IMG/VR virus record: IMGVR_UViG_3300033232_000028
Location: 1-41,838 of that record
DNA: 41,838 nucleotides
Strand: one strand, 5' to 3'
Origin: a virus
Shown here: positions 32,326-41,838 of the stretch, piece by piece
Layout of the letters: each line of letters opens with the position of its first letter
Position numbering within the stretch: position 1 is the stretch's first letter
Notes under the pieces: model-generated
Databases searched by the model: none
The model's input: the letters and a program-made list of their open reading frames with translations, nothing else
What the model was told of the DNA's origin: nothing
Position numbers and translations under genes: made by a program

Positions 32326-33234
32326 ATGGCTGAAGCAACTAATCTTCTCTCTGCATTTCTTCCTAAGAAAGATGCAACTTCTAAAGGTACTGCAACTGAG
32401 ACAACTAAGACTGATCTTAGCGAAGATGCGATCAGTGAGATTATTAGAGGTATGATGGAATCTGACTCAGGTCTCGCATCTATTCTGCAAGGTCAAGCAG
32501 GTAAAGGTTTGTATAACTCTTCTACTTCTCAGCTGCTTACCAATGACTTAGCTGCACGTGTTGCTGGTAAAGCTGCACTTGCCTCTGCTCCTACTACACG
32601 TACTGTCTCTGAAACTAAGAAGCAGAGTGCAGGAGGTGTTGATCCTAAGATGGCTGCTGGCCTGAAGTTGATGGAAGCCCTTGTTGGTAAAGCCTTTGGT
32701 TCAGCTCCTAGGAATGGTCAGCAGCAAGGTCAGCAGCAAGGTAGAGCTAATCCAAATGGCTCATTTCAATCTATGTTAGATCAAGTACTTGGAAGAAAGG
32801 GGAAACAGAATGAGGATGGAGCCTTTGCAGATGGTGGAGCTGCTTTTAGTAGTCTTGGTGATAGCGGATTTAATCCTGCTGGCAGTTTTGACTTCTCTGC
32901 TCCTAGCTTAGGCTTCACCGGAGGTGGAGGTTCTGGCAACTTCGGAGGAGGCTTTGGCTCTAACTTTGACTTCGGAGGCTTTGGTGGTGGAGGATTTGAT
33001 TCACTCTCCTTCGGACTTGGCGGAGGCGGTTATGATTACAACCCTTTCAGTATGACTGGAGGTAATAACTTCTCTCTAGGTAATACTATGGGCAATTCCT
33101 TTGGTGGAGGTAGCGGTTACGACTTCGGAGGAGGTTTCAATACTCCTTCTTCTTCCTTTGGTGGAAATTCCAACAGCTTCTATGAGCCTGCTAATTACGG
33201 CTTTGGTTCTGGCGGCTCCAGTTTCTGGATGTAA
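32326..33234 (+). CDS. Internal-virion/ejection-type protein with a Gly/Phe-rich disordered C-terminal half
   Basis: 302 aa. From about residue 165 the sequence is almost entirely G, F, S, N and D, with many FG/GF dipeptides. It lies upstream of the two large ejection-type proteins. Confidence 0.5.
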   Translation: MAEATNLLSAFLPKKDATSKGTATETTKTDLSEDAISEIIRGMMESDSGLASILQGQAGKGLYNSSTSQLLTNDLAARVAGKAALASAPTTRTVSETKKQSAGGVDPKMAAGLKLMEALVGKAFGSAPRNGQQQGQQQGRANPNGSFQSMLDQVLGRKGKQNEDGAFADGGAAFSSLGDSGFNPAGSFDFSAPSLGFTGGGGSGNFGGGFGSNFDFGGFGGGGFDSLSFGLGGGGYDYNPFSMTGGNNFSLGNTMGNSFGGGSGYDFGGGFNTPSSSFGGNSNSFYEPANYGFGSGGSSFWM

Positions 33235-33257
33235 TTAGGAAGTCAGGAGATCACATT

Positions 33258-34901
33258 ATGGCAGATCAAAATAGGTTACTTGATGCACTTAATACTTCAG
33301 CTGAAGCTTCTAATGATGCAAGCAAGCAGAAAGATATGCTTACCTCTGTACTCCAGCAGATGGGATTACTTCAACAAGAATCAGCTAAGGCCATTGATAA
33401 GTCAGTGGCAGCTACTAATGTTGTAGAAGGTACAGCTCTAGAAGGACAGCAGCGCGCACAAGATGATGCTCGTACTTACGCAGCCTCAGTAGGAGCACTT
33501 GGCACTAGCCCTGAAGCATTACTTGTACGTTTAGGTGTTGACTTGAATGCCCAACTGGAGGCATCTAAGTCTGCGCGTGATAACCTTGTAGCTAAGCAGT
33601 CAATCAATATGATTGATAATCCTCTTGGATGGCTTCATGCTCAAATGACTGTGGAAGCTGACCAAGCTAACTACAACATTGCACAGCAGGCAGCTTCTGG
33701 AATATCTAAAGATATTGCTACAGCTACTCAAGCAGTTGATTCTTTTGGTAGAACTCAAGCAGCCTTGGCTGTTAAGATCACTGATGCTTCACGAGTTGCA
33801 GCAGCTAATGCAAGGATCGCAGAAGCAGAAGGGGCTAAAGCTAACGCACTGCGTGGCCATCTTAAAGATGAAGTTGCAATTGCTGGTACTATTCAAAATG
33901 CTTCAGCTGCTCAAGCTCAAGAGGCGCAGCGCAGACTTGGCATGATTGTAAATCAGGAACAACTTGCACTTGAGCGTGAACGCTTTGAGATGTCTAAGCA
34001 GCAGTTTGCTTGGGAGAAAGAATCTAAGCAACTTGCACTTAAGAGTAAAACTGCTGCAGAAACAACTAAACAGCAACTGCTTGCCCAATATAACGTAGGT
34101 GCAGAAGTTCTGGGATTACCTGCGGAAACTAATTTTGATCTACTCATGGCACGAGTTGAACTCGGTGGAACTGACAAGACTCGAATCAGTGCAGCTATGG
34201 AAGCAGGAGGTAATACTTTAGCAGCTAAAGCTTCACGCACTGCTGGAAGTCCTGCAGGTGCTGCATCTATGATGGCTAAAGGTGTGTATCCTAGATCTAA
34301 TGATGCAAGCTTTGCTTCAATGAAGAAATACTTTGCTGAAACTTGGAGAGATAAAGTTGCAATCAGTGGAGGTAAAGAAGAAGTTGTCATTGCTAATGTG
34401 AATGCTCAAGTCAAAGCTGATGCTGAGAGGTTTGCTAAGAATGCAACTGCTTCTGGATCTTTCTATGCACCTCCTCCAATTGAAGTGCTGACTGCTACTA
34501 AGTCTGTGCAAGCAACTCCGCTGTATAAGAAAGTACTCGCTACTGCTGGTAAAAATCTTAAGACTGCTGATCCTGAGCCAATTGTTAAGCTTGCATATGC
34601 GGCTGCTTCTGAAGGAGTAATCACTTTTGAGCAAGCAGCTACTGGACTGACTGAGTTGTACGGTCAAGCAGTTGCAGTTAACAATCACACTAACAGATAC
34701 GCTCAACTTGGGATACCTTCTCAGGAGAGTTTCACAGTGCTTAAAGATGGCAAGTCTGTTAATTTGACAGATTACTCAGAGACTCTCAGAGCGCTTGCAG
34801 TCATGAAGGCTCAAGAGATGGATGCGTTCACTAAAGCTGGAATGCTGAATATGCCGTTTAGCTCTGTGATTGCTCCGTTTGTATCTGCTGTTAAAAACTA
34901 A
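33258..34901 (+). CDS. Internal virion protein (coiled-coil, gp15-like position)
   Basis: 547 aa, Ala/Gln/Glu-rich and helical. The call rests on synteny. Confidence 0.45.
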   Translation: MADQNRLLDALNTSAEASNDASKQKDMLTSVLQQMGLLQQESAKAIDKSVAATNVVEGTALEGQQRAQDDARTYAASVGALGTSPEALLVRLGVDLNAQLEASKSARDNLVAKQSINMIDNPLGWLHAQMTVEADQANYNIAQQAASGISKDIATATQAVDSFGRTQAALAVKITDASRVAAANARIAEAEGAKANALRGHLKDEVAIAGTIQNASAAQAQEAQRRLGMIVNQEQLALERERFEMSKQQFAWEKESKQLALKSKTAAETTKQQLLAQYNVGAEVLGLPAETNFDLLMARVELGGTDKTRISAAMEAGGNTLAAKASRTAGSPAGAASMMAKGVYPRSNDASFASMKKYFAETWRDKVAISGGKEEVVIANVNAQVKADAERFAKNATASGSFYAPPPIEVLTATKSVQATPLYKKVLATAGKNLKTADPEPIVKLAYAAASEGVITFEQAATGLTELYGQAVAVNNHTNRYAQLGIPSQESFTVLKDGKSVNLTDYSETLRALAVMKAQEMDAFTKAGMLNMPFSSVIAPFVSAVKN

Positions 34902-34926
34902 TTAAACCTTAGGAAACTACATTCTC

Positions 34927-37900
34927 ATGGCAACTCTTGAATCATTTGGCGGTGATGGAGCAGCTGAAGCTTCTTCTTTGTTTGTAGCTGCTGATGTACA
35001 TAACGTAGCAAACAATGGAGCCTCCTTCTGGGATGATCCAATGAGCACTGTCAGCGGTATTCCTAAGTTTATCGGGCTTGGTATTGCAAGTGGAGTCAAT
35101 CAAGTATACAATATTGCTCCTACTATTGGCAACTGGTTTGGAGGTAATTACGAGCAAAATAAGCTTGCAGATACTCTTGCCTCTTATGATTCAGACATAG
35201 CAAAGTACTACGAGGAGCATCAAGATGGTATTGATGTTCTTGGTTTTGTGCTCTCTAGCATTGTTCCAGGAACTGCAGGCGTTAAAGTACTTCGGGCTGG
35301 ACAGACAGCTCTAAATACGGCTGTTGAGACTGGTGCCATTGGTGTCAACATGTCTAAGGCTACTGGCTTGCTTGCACCTTCTACTACTAAAAATATTATT
35401 GCTGCCACTGAGCAGATGATTACTGGCGGCACTCCATTTAAGCTTACTCAGACTAATTTGCTGAGAGGTCTTGGTGCAGGTGTTGGACAATCAGTTCTAG
35501 AAGGTGCTGCATTTGAGATTGCAGTAGCTGCTACAATGTACAACTCTCCTGTACTTGAAGATCAAGACTTTGGCGATCTAATTTCTAATGTCGTGTGGGG
35601 TGCTGGACTTTTTGGAGTAATTGGTGGAGCCTTTCAGGCAGCTTCTACAATTGGAGCTGTTAAGAAAGGTTTGAAAGCTTTTGATTCTGAAGCCTCTCCT
35701 TGGAGTCATATTGAAGTTCCACGAGAAGGTACTGCTACTTCTGATCGTATCCTAATGCTGAATGAGCAGAGACTTTCCATGCCCTCAGTCATAAGCGGGG
35801 CCAAATACGAGGCTAAGTTAGTTGAGCTTGGTAAAGCTAAGCAAGGATCTCTTGAAACTATGCTGAGGAAAGAGATGCAAGACCTTGCTGGAGGAGACAC
35901 TGTTGCAGCAGAGTTGTTGTATAAAAACCTTCTCGCTCAAGACGGTAAAACTGCTACTTCTAACTTTTGGGAACTCAAAGATGTTGTGCGACTTAAAGAG
36001 CGTACAGCTGGTGAGAAGTTATTGGATAAAGTACTCAAGCGGAAAGGAAACTTAGATGAAGTCGTTGAAGCTCTGGATCACCACCAAGCGTTCTTGGTTA
36101 CTCGCGGTGCGCAAGCTGGTAAAGTATTGGATGAAGCTCCAGCATTTAAACACCACGCAGATACGATTAAGCCTAATCAAGAAGTTATTCTTAGCCCTAA
36201 AGGCATTCAAGTAGGCAAGACTCTTACTCATATTAAAGAGGCAGGTTTTGATATTATCAGAGCTTCTTCAATTGACACAGAAGTCCGTACTGCCTGGGCA
36301 CGTAAGTACTTCCAGCCTAAAGAAGGTACAATTATTGAAGCAACTGATCTTCCACTTCTGGATGCAGCTTATGCTAAAGTACTTGATGAAGGTGTGCCAA
36401 TTCCACTGATTAAAGTTGGAGATATTACATTCCAACCTGCAACTGCTGATGAGTTTCTGAGTGCAATTGCTCAGTTTAAAGATGATGTAGCCCGACAGCT
36501 GCTTAAGACTAGAAAAACTTTATCTCATGATGAAGTAGCTAAGATGGTTAACGTTAAGGCTGATTACCTTTCAGGTGCTCGGCAAGCAGGCTCCCAAGTT
36601 GATAACCTGTTTGCAGATTTGACTGAGATTAAAGCATTCAATGCAGCGCAAGGAACTTCTGTTGAGAACCTTCTTGATGTACCTTCTACTCTTAAGCTTG
36701 CATATAAGAAAGACAGAGTAACTGATACTGACGGTAACTGGCTGCAAGGCATGGAAGCAATTGCTAGGCAGCAACGTCTGTACGCTGATGATGCAGCTAG
36801 AGCTTCCCATATTATTCTTGGAGCAGATGCTGAAAAGTTGATTCCAATTACTATGGAGGAGATTCAGAAAGCTAACCGCATGGGAGCAGGTGCATCTTTT
36901 ATATCATTTGCAGCTGACAACTATGGATCGCTTGGGGCTAAGTTTGAGTATCTAGGTAAAGTCACTGTTGATATCATTAGCGATAAAAAAGCTGCTGTTC
37001 GTGAAGTGATGGAGCCTCTGCTGTATAAGCTCCAGAATGATCAAGCTGCCACGATTGAGTGGAGTAAGCTGATGCAATCTGTTAGAGGCTCTGAGCATGC
37101 ATTTAAACTATCTGATGATGGAACATCTTTAGTTCTTGCTGATGAAAGAGCAGCTAAAGCACTTGCTGATGCAGGTGAAGATATTCCAACTATTGCACTA
37201 GAGTCAGAAACTGTTCGTAATCTTGCACGTGCTCACATTGAGCTTAATGCTAAGCGAGTTGAAAACTTAAGAGCACTCAGAGCTTCTCAAGGTTTAGAGA
37301 CTAACATGAAGGCTGATACCTTCTATGCTCCTCCTCCTAACCCGAAAGACTATCCTTACTTCGCATTTGTAGTTGATCCTACGATTACAGGTACAGGACA
37401 CTCTAAGATGCTGTATGCTGCATCTGAAGCTGAACTCAAAACTCAGATGTCTACAGTTCGTGCGCAGTTTCCTGAATTTAAAGTGCTTGAGAAAGGTGCA
37501 GCAGAAAGTTATTATAAAGCAGTAGGTAAGTTTGACTATGAGAAAACTCTCAATGAGAACTACATTGATACAGCGCTTAAGCGTAAAGGTGTCTCTGCGC
37601 CATTCTTAATCAAGACTGATCCTAAGCTTGTAAGTGAGGAGCTGTTTCAGTGGCATTTGGGAGCTGAAGCTGGTGTTGTACGCGAGACTGTCTCTAATCA
37701 ATATGCTACTCAGTTTGAAGCATTGAAGCATCTCGGGGAACAATACACATTAGCTGCTACCTCTAAATATGGCGGAGCTTCTCTTGCTAAGTATGCAGAA
37801 AGCACTGTTCAGAATCCGTATACTGATTACATCAAGACAGCTCTTGGCATTAACAAAGCTAATGAGTATCCTTTCTGGATGCCTGTTCAGAAGATGCTGG

Positions 37901-39690
37901 ATAATAAGTTCTCACAGCTGTGGGCTGGAGTTAAGTCTGCATCTGTAGATATCAAGTCCTCTGCTGATCTCCAGAAGATTAATACTTTGCTTCAAGAAGC
38001 TGGATATAAAGGCGCATACTATGATGCGGCACTGAATAGCGCAGTAAACTCCTCGCTTCCTAGAGGCGCTCTCACTGCTTACGTACAAGAGTCTAATGCG
38101 GTGCTGTCATTATTTGCACTGAGAATGGATCCACTTAATGCTCTCAACAACGTGATTGGCTCCAATGTCCTACTTAATACTGAGATTCGCTCACTACTTG
38201 CTAATATTACAGGTAGGTCTGTGGAAGCTGCTGGAGAGTTGGCCGCATTAACTAAGCTTAAACTTCCTGGAACTGATAAAGCAGTTTTGAACCATGGAAG
38301 ATTGCTAACTAATGCAATTAAGAATTTTGCATCTTCTGATAAAAAGTATCATGAATTCTATAAGGCTAATAAGTTTACTACTGATGTGCGAGAGCAGTAC
38401 CTGAGCACTCTTGATATGATGGCATTGCGCCAAGGAGAGACTGTAACTTCTCTGAGTGTTAAGCGTAAGGAATTGGTAGAGCTAGGTAAGAAGTGGGCAG
38501 GTAAAGCTGAAGGCTTATCAGGTAACAAACTCGCTGAAGAATTCAACCGCTTTGTAGCTGCTGATGTAATGAGACAGATTACTGATGTAGCAGTTAAGCA
38601 TGGAGCAATGGACACAAAAACAGCATTGTCCTATATCAATACTTTTGTCAATCGTACTCAAGGTAACTTCATGGCGGCCCAGCGTCCTATGATGTTTCAA
38701 GGGCCAGTTGGACAAGCTGTTGGATTGTTTCAAACGTATCAATTTACATTGCTCCAGAACTTGTTCCGTCATGCAGCTGAAGGCTCTAAGAAAGATATGG
38801 CTATGCTGCTTGGTCTCCAAGGCTCTATCTACGGTATGAACGGATTGCCTGCATTCAATGCAATTAACACGCATATTGTAGGTAATGCCTCAGGCAATAA
38901 GGAACACCGGGATTTGTACTCTGCAATCTATGGTGGAGCAGGTAAGGATGCTGGAGACTGGTTGATGTATGGTCTTGCTTCTAACATGTTTCTGCATCCT
39001 GATCTTAAGGTTAACATGTATACCCGTGGCGATATTAATCCTAGACATGTAACTATCATTCCTACTAATCCTGCTGATGTGCCCTTCATTAGTGCTCAAG
39101 CTAAGTTCTTTGGTAATATGTTTGAAACCTTAGGTAAGCTTGGGTCTGGAGGTAATATAGGTAATATCGTTCTTCAAGGAGTTGAACACAATGGTATGAG
39201 TCGACCTCTCGCAGGACTTGCTCAGACTATGCAAGCAGCTACTAATCCGCATACACAAGTAATCTCTACAAACAAGCAAGGTAACATTGTAGGCTCTAAT
39301 GATCTCGTGTCTCTCATGACTCTTGGTAGACTCCTTGGGGGTAAACCTCTTGATGAAGCGCTCACGCAAGATGCATTCTTTAGACAGAAAGCTTACACAT
39401 CTGCTAATGCTGCTAAGGTTGCTAAGTTGGGAGAGATTGTTAAGAGCACAATGATGGCTGGCGGATCACCTACTGAAGGGCAGATGACAAACTTCATGGA
39501 GCAGTATGTGGGAGCTGGAGGCAAGCAAGATAAATTTAACCAATTCATGCTAAGACAGCTTAAGAACGCAACTAAGTCTCAAGCAGAACAAGTACGAGAC
39601 TCACTAACCAAACCATATTCACAGACACTGCAACAGATGATGGGAGGTTATGATCCAACGCCTGTACCCCAAGGTGAAGTACTTGAGTAA
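34927..39690 (+). CDS. Large internal virion / DNA-ejection protein (gp16-like position)
   Basis: 1587-aa ORF, the largest in the genome, immediately before the fibre module. I recognised no transglycosylase motif. Confidence 0.6.
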   Translation: MATLESFGGDGAAEASSLFVAADVHNVANNGASFWDDPMSTVSGIPKFIGLGIASGVNQVYNIAPTIGNWFGGNYEQNKLADTLASYDSDIAKYYEEHQDGIDVLGFVLSSIVPGTAGVKVLRAGQTALNTAVETGAIGVNMSKATGLLAPSTTKNIIAATEQMITGGTPFKLTQTNLLRGLGAGVGQSVLEGAAFEIAVAATMYNSPVLEDQDFGDLISNVVWGAGLFGVIGGAFQAASTIGAVKKGLKAFDSEASPWSHIEVPREGTATSDRILMLNEQRLSMPSVISGAKYEAKLVELGKAKQGSLETMLRKEMQDLAGGDTVAAELLYKNLLAQDGKTATSNFWELKDVVRLKERTAGEKLLDKVLKRKGNLDEVVEALDHHQAFLVTRGAQAGKVLDEAPAFKHHADTIKPNQEVILSPKGIQVGKTLTHIKEAGFDIIRASSIDTEVRTAWARKYFQPKEGTIIEATDLPLLDAAYAKVLDEGVPIPLIKVGDITFQPATADEFLSAIAQFKDDVARQLLKTRKTLSHDEVAKMVNVKADYLSGARQAGSQVDNLFADLTEIKAFNAAQGTSVENLLDVPSTLKLAYKKDRVTDTDGNWLQGMEAIARQQRLYADDAARASHIILGADAEKLIPITMEEIQKANRMGAGASFISFAADNYGSLGAKFEYLGKVTVDIISDKKAAVREVMEPLLYKLQNDQAATIEWSKLMQSVRGSEHAFKLSDDGTSLVLADERAAKALADAGEDIPTIALESETVRNLARAHIELNAKRVENLRALRASQGLETNMKADTFYAPPPNPKDYPYFAFVVDPTITGTGHSKMLYAASEAELKTQMSTVRAQFPEFKVLEKGAAESYYKAVGKFDYEKTLNENYIDTALKRKGVSAPFLIKTDPKLVSEELFQWHLGAEAGVVRETVSNQYATQFEALKHLGEQYTLAATSKYGGASLAKYAESTVQNPYTDYIKTALGINKANEYPFWMPVQKMLDNKFSQLWAGVKSASVDIKSSADLQKINTLLQEAGYKGAYYDAALNSAVNSSLPRGALTAYVQESNAVLSLFALRMDPLNALNNVIGSNVLLNTEIRSLLANITGRSVEAAGELAALTKLKLPGTDKAVLNHGRLLTNAIKNFASSDKKYHEFYKANKFTTDVREQYLSTLDMMALRQGETVTSLSVKRKELVELGKKWAGKAEGLSGNKLAEEFNRFVAADVMRQITDVAVKHGAMDTKTALSYINTFVNRTQGNFMAAQRPMMFQGPVGQAVGLFQTYQFTLLQNLFRHAAEGSKKDMAMLLGLQGSIYGMNGLPAFNAINTHIVGNASGNKEHRDLYSAIYGGAGKDAGDWLMYGLASNMFLHPDLKVNMYTRGDINPRHVTIIPTNPADVPFISAQAKFFGNMFETLGKLGSGGNIGNIVLQGVEHNGMSRPLAGLAQTMQAATNPHTQVISTNKQGNIVGSNDLVSLMTLGRLLGGKPLDEALTQDAFFRQKAYTSANAAKVAKLGEIVKSTMMAGGSPTEGQMTNFMEQYVGAGGKQDKFNQFMLRQLKNATKSQAEQVRDSLTKPYSQTLQQMMGGYDPTPVPQGEVLE

Positions 39691-39763
39691 GAATCATATA
39701 CTTGTACTAAGTTGAATACACAGTACAGTTGAAATTCGCAATCCACAGGAGAGGTATCTTATT

Positions 39764-40054
39764 ATGGGTCAAACTTTTGAACACACTTCAGCAGTTCCTG
39801 CTGCTAAGCCTTTCACCATTGGCCCAATTAAAAACAATCGTTGGGTAATGTGTGAAGGTAAGGTTGGAATTGTTACTAAGCTGTCAAAGGAAGGAGCCTT
39901 TTTTAATGCTGTAGGTGAGAATGGAATTACCTACATGTCACGCTTTGTTGATCCGTTCTCACTAGTTCTTGCAAGTTGGGAGCAGATACCTGTAATTAGG
40001 CGCCCTACTCTTGAACGCGCCTATGAACTCGGGTATGCAATTCCGCAAGATTAA
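39764..40054 (+). CDS. Hypothetical protein (96 aa)
   Basis: GGAGAGG RBS. No recognisable motif. Confidence 0.55.
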   Translation: MGQTFEHTSAVPAAKPFTIGPIKNNRWVMCEGKVGIVTKLSKEGAFFNAVGENGITYMSRFVDPFSLVLASWEQIPVIRRPTLERAYELGYAIPQD

Positions 40055-40080
40055 CACACTCTTAATAGGAAATCTTATTT

Positions 40081-40485
40081 ATGTCTCTTAACGTACCAGA
40101 CTCAGCAGAGCTGTTAGCACTTAAAGCTTTCATTGGGCACACAGCACAGTCTGAAAATGCAGTACTTGGGCTGTTCACTTCCAACATCACTCCTTCAGAT
40201 ACTGACACTGCAGCTACTTATACTGCAATTGAAGCAGCTGGAGCTGACTATGCACGCAAAGCAATTGCGCGAGCTTCTTGGAATGTAGGCTTTAATCCAA
40301 TTACATATGCTGCTCAGACTTGGACATTCACTGGAGCGCTGGCAGGAAGCGCAACTATCTATGGCTATTTTGTGCTTCGTGCAACATCTCTTGACATCAT
40401 GTGGAGTGAAGCTTTTGATTCTGGCTTCCAACCTCTTGCTAACGGTGATGCTCTCATTGTTAATTTGCAGCTAGGAGCTAATTAA
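40081..40485 (+). CDS. Small tail-fibre-proximal structural protein
   Basis: 134 aa. The LLALKAF...LGLFTSNITPSDTDTAATYTAIE pattern is common in small proteins preceding phage fibre genes. Confidence 0.55.
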   Translation: MSLNVPDSAELLALKAFIGHTAQSENAVLGLFTSNITPSDTDTAATYTAIEAAGADYARKAIARASWNVGFNPITYAAQTWTFTGALAGSATIYGYFVLRATSLDIMWSEAFDSGFQPLANGDALIVNLQLGAN

Positions 40486-40486
40486 A

Positions 40487-41838
40487 ATGGCATTTACAAT
40501 TCCTGATAAAGACGAAGGTCTAAATAACCTCCAAAGTGTTTGGTTCCAAGAGTACATTGATGTGCTTGTGGCTGGAGTAGGTAGCAATGATGCAGTAATT
40601 TCTGGCTGCGCTGTTACTCCTTCTGCTGGCATGACACTCGCAGTTGCTGCTGGCTTGGTTAACTCTGTAGGCGTAGCCTATACTGTAGGTGTTGCTAACC
40701 CAGTGATTGGTGCAGCTGATGCAACTTATGCACGGCTGGACTTTGTTGTAGTTACTTCTGCTGGAGCAGTTGCTGTTCGTGCTGGAACTGCTGCTCTTAA
40801 TCCTAAACCTCCTGCAAAAACTGCTGGTGATGTTGTACTTGCTGTTGTGTATGTGCCTGCAGGAAGTGTAGCTGTTGGAGCTAATCAGCTTGTTGATATG
40901 CGGGTTGGAGTAAGTCCTAAGTTAGCAGCAATTGTTAATGGCTCAATGGGCGCATTCAGCCACCGCAACAAGATCATCAACGGAGCGATGGTGATTGCGC
41001 AGAGGGGGACTAGTTTCCCCACCACTATTAACCACACGCACTACCTTGACCAGTGGCGGTTGAACTTCATTGGTGGCGCTTATTCAATAGCACAGTCCAC
41101 AGATGTACCGCCCAGTGGAGAATTTCAGTACAGTATGCGTGCTACTGTCACCACTGCTAACCCTACTGTTGAGGCTGGGGAGACTGGGTGCTTACACCAC
41201 AGGATTGAGGGTTACGCCGTTCGTGATTTGGTGGGGCGCACATTCACTGTATCGTTCTGGGTACGAAGCCCTAAGACGGGTGTGCATTGTTTGTCGTTTA
41301 GAAACAGTACTGCTGATCGCAGTTATATTGCGGAATACACCGTCGATACTGTGAACACGTGGGAGTATAAAACGATCACTGTGACTGGTGGTTTGCCAAC
41401 TGATGGTACTTGGAATTTTACAAACGGTATCGGGCTGCAGGTGTGGTTTACTTTCCTAATCGGCTCCAGTTTTACCACAACAGCAGGTTCATGGGTCACT
41501 GGGGATTATCTCGGCAGCCCGAACCAAGTGAACTGTATGGACACAATTGGCAACGTTGTGGCTATCACTGGTGTACAACTTGAAGCTGGCCCAGTGGCTA
41601 CCTCATTCGAGCACCGTCCGATTGGTACTGAGTTGGCTTTGTGTCAGAGGTACTACTACCGTAATTCTGATGGTGGGTCTGGTTTGGCTACTTTTGGCGT
41701 AGGTGTCGCAACAACTACAAGTCTTGTAGAAATTTCAATCCCGCTACCACAAACAATGCGAGCTGTGCCCACGTTTTCTTATTCTTTTGTACAACTACTG
41801 GACGGTATTGGTTCCATTGGTATACAGGGAATTTCTCA
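40487..41838 (+). CDS. Tail fibre protein (5' part; ORF continues across the junction to 257, 493 aa in total)
   Basis: The ATG lies 1 nt after the upstream TAA and there is no stop before the window end. The sequence is Gly/Ala/Val-rich, with NKIINGAMVIAQRG and GVQLEAGPVATSFE motifs typical of phage fibre receptor-binding regions. Confidence 0.8.
   Translation, partial: MAFTIPDKDEGLNNLQSVWFQEYIDVLVAGVGSNDAVISGCAVTPSAGMTLAVAAGLVNSVGVAYTVGVANPVIGAADATYARLDFVVVTSAGAVAVRAGTAALNPKPPAKTAGDVVLAVVYVPAGSVAVGANQLVDMRVGVSPKLAAIVNGSMGAFSHRNKIINGAMVIAQRGTSFPTTINHTHYLDQWRLNFIGGAYSIAQSTDVPPSGEFQYSMRATVTTANPTVEAGETGCLHHRIEGYAVRDLVGRTFTVSFWVRSPKTGVHCLSFRNSTADRSYIAEYTVDTVNTWEYKTITVTGGLPTDGTWNFTNGIGLQVWFTFLIGSSFTTTAGSWVTGDYLGSPNQVNCMDTIGNVVAITGVQLEAGPVATSFEHRPIGTELALCQRYYYRNSDGGSGLATFGVGVATTTSLVEISIPLPQTMRAVPTFSYSFVQLLDGIGSIGIQGIS
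41712..41838. repeat. Terminal overlap, identical to 1-127
   Basis: Exact 127-nt identity with the window start. Confidence 0.95.

Noticed and set aside
39691-39763. A possible terminator hairpin (tgtact...agtaca) after the 1587-aa gene
   Set aside because: It has only a 6-7 bp stem, a 13-nt loop and no U-tract.
40487-41838. A diversity-generating retroelement targeting the tail fibre
   Set aside because: There is no reverse transcriptase ORF anywhere in the genome, and I saw no template-repeat copy of the fibre 3' end.
1-41838. A modified-base system (2-aminoadenine or other hypermodification), suggested by the divergent PolA
   Set aside because: I recognised no PurZ-like adenylosuccinate synthetase homologue, dNTP pyrophosphatase, dNMP kinase, hydroxymethylase, glycosyltransferase or queuosine-pathway ORF.

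Overview
This window is a complete, circularly closed dsDNA phage genome of about 41.7 kb. Bases 1-127 repeat exactly at 41712-41838, so the unique length is 41711 bp. The overlap looks like an assembler closure artefact and falls inside the tail-fibre gene.

The architecture is podovirus-like, with T7-supergroup gene order. I see no phage RNA polymerase, integrase or repressor. Two divergent arms leave a repeat-rich control region at 20089-20538.

- **Minus-strand early/replication arm (20088 down to 1961):** unannotated small early ORFs, an SF1 RecD/Dda-like helicase, a Cas4-like PD-(D/E)XK nuclease, an AAA_24/Sak4-like ATPase, a DHH/DHHA1 phosphoesterase, a family A DNA polymerase with 3'-5' exonuclease motifs, and a DUF3987-like P-loop protein.
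- **Plus-strand late arm (20539 through the junction to 1956):** terS-like, terL, portal, scaffold, major capsid, adaptor/tail proteins, an M15 peptidase endolysin, three ejection/internal-virion-type proteins (one of 1587 aa), the tail fibre and accessory genes.

All protein calls rest on by-eye motif recognition plus synteny. No searches were run.

Main leads:
1. About 20 short tandem-repeat loci are concentrated at gene boundaries. Many start on the stop codon of the upstream gene or form the first codons of a gene.
2. A roughly 510-bp noncoding, iteron-like island (18501-19011) has imperfect inverted arms. It contains a perfect TTGACA-N17-TATAAT promoter and a strong terminator.
3. A small replication-arm protein ends in DDDVPF, a near copy of the bacterial SSB C-terminal tip.
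4. The family A polymerase has atypical residues in motifs B and C.
5. Two standalone genes, possibly paralogous, are each bracketed by strong signals (a consensus promoter for one, an intrinsic terminator for the other).
6. The tail fibre is compositionally mosaic.
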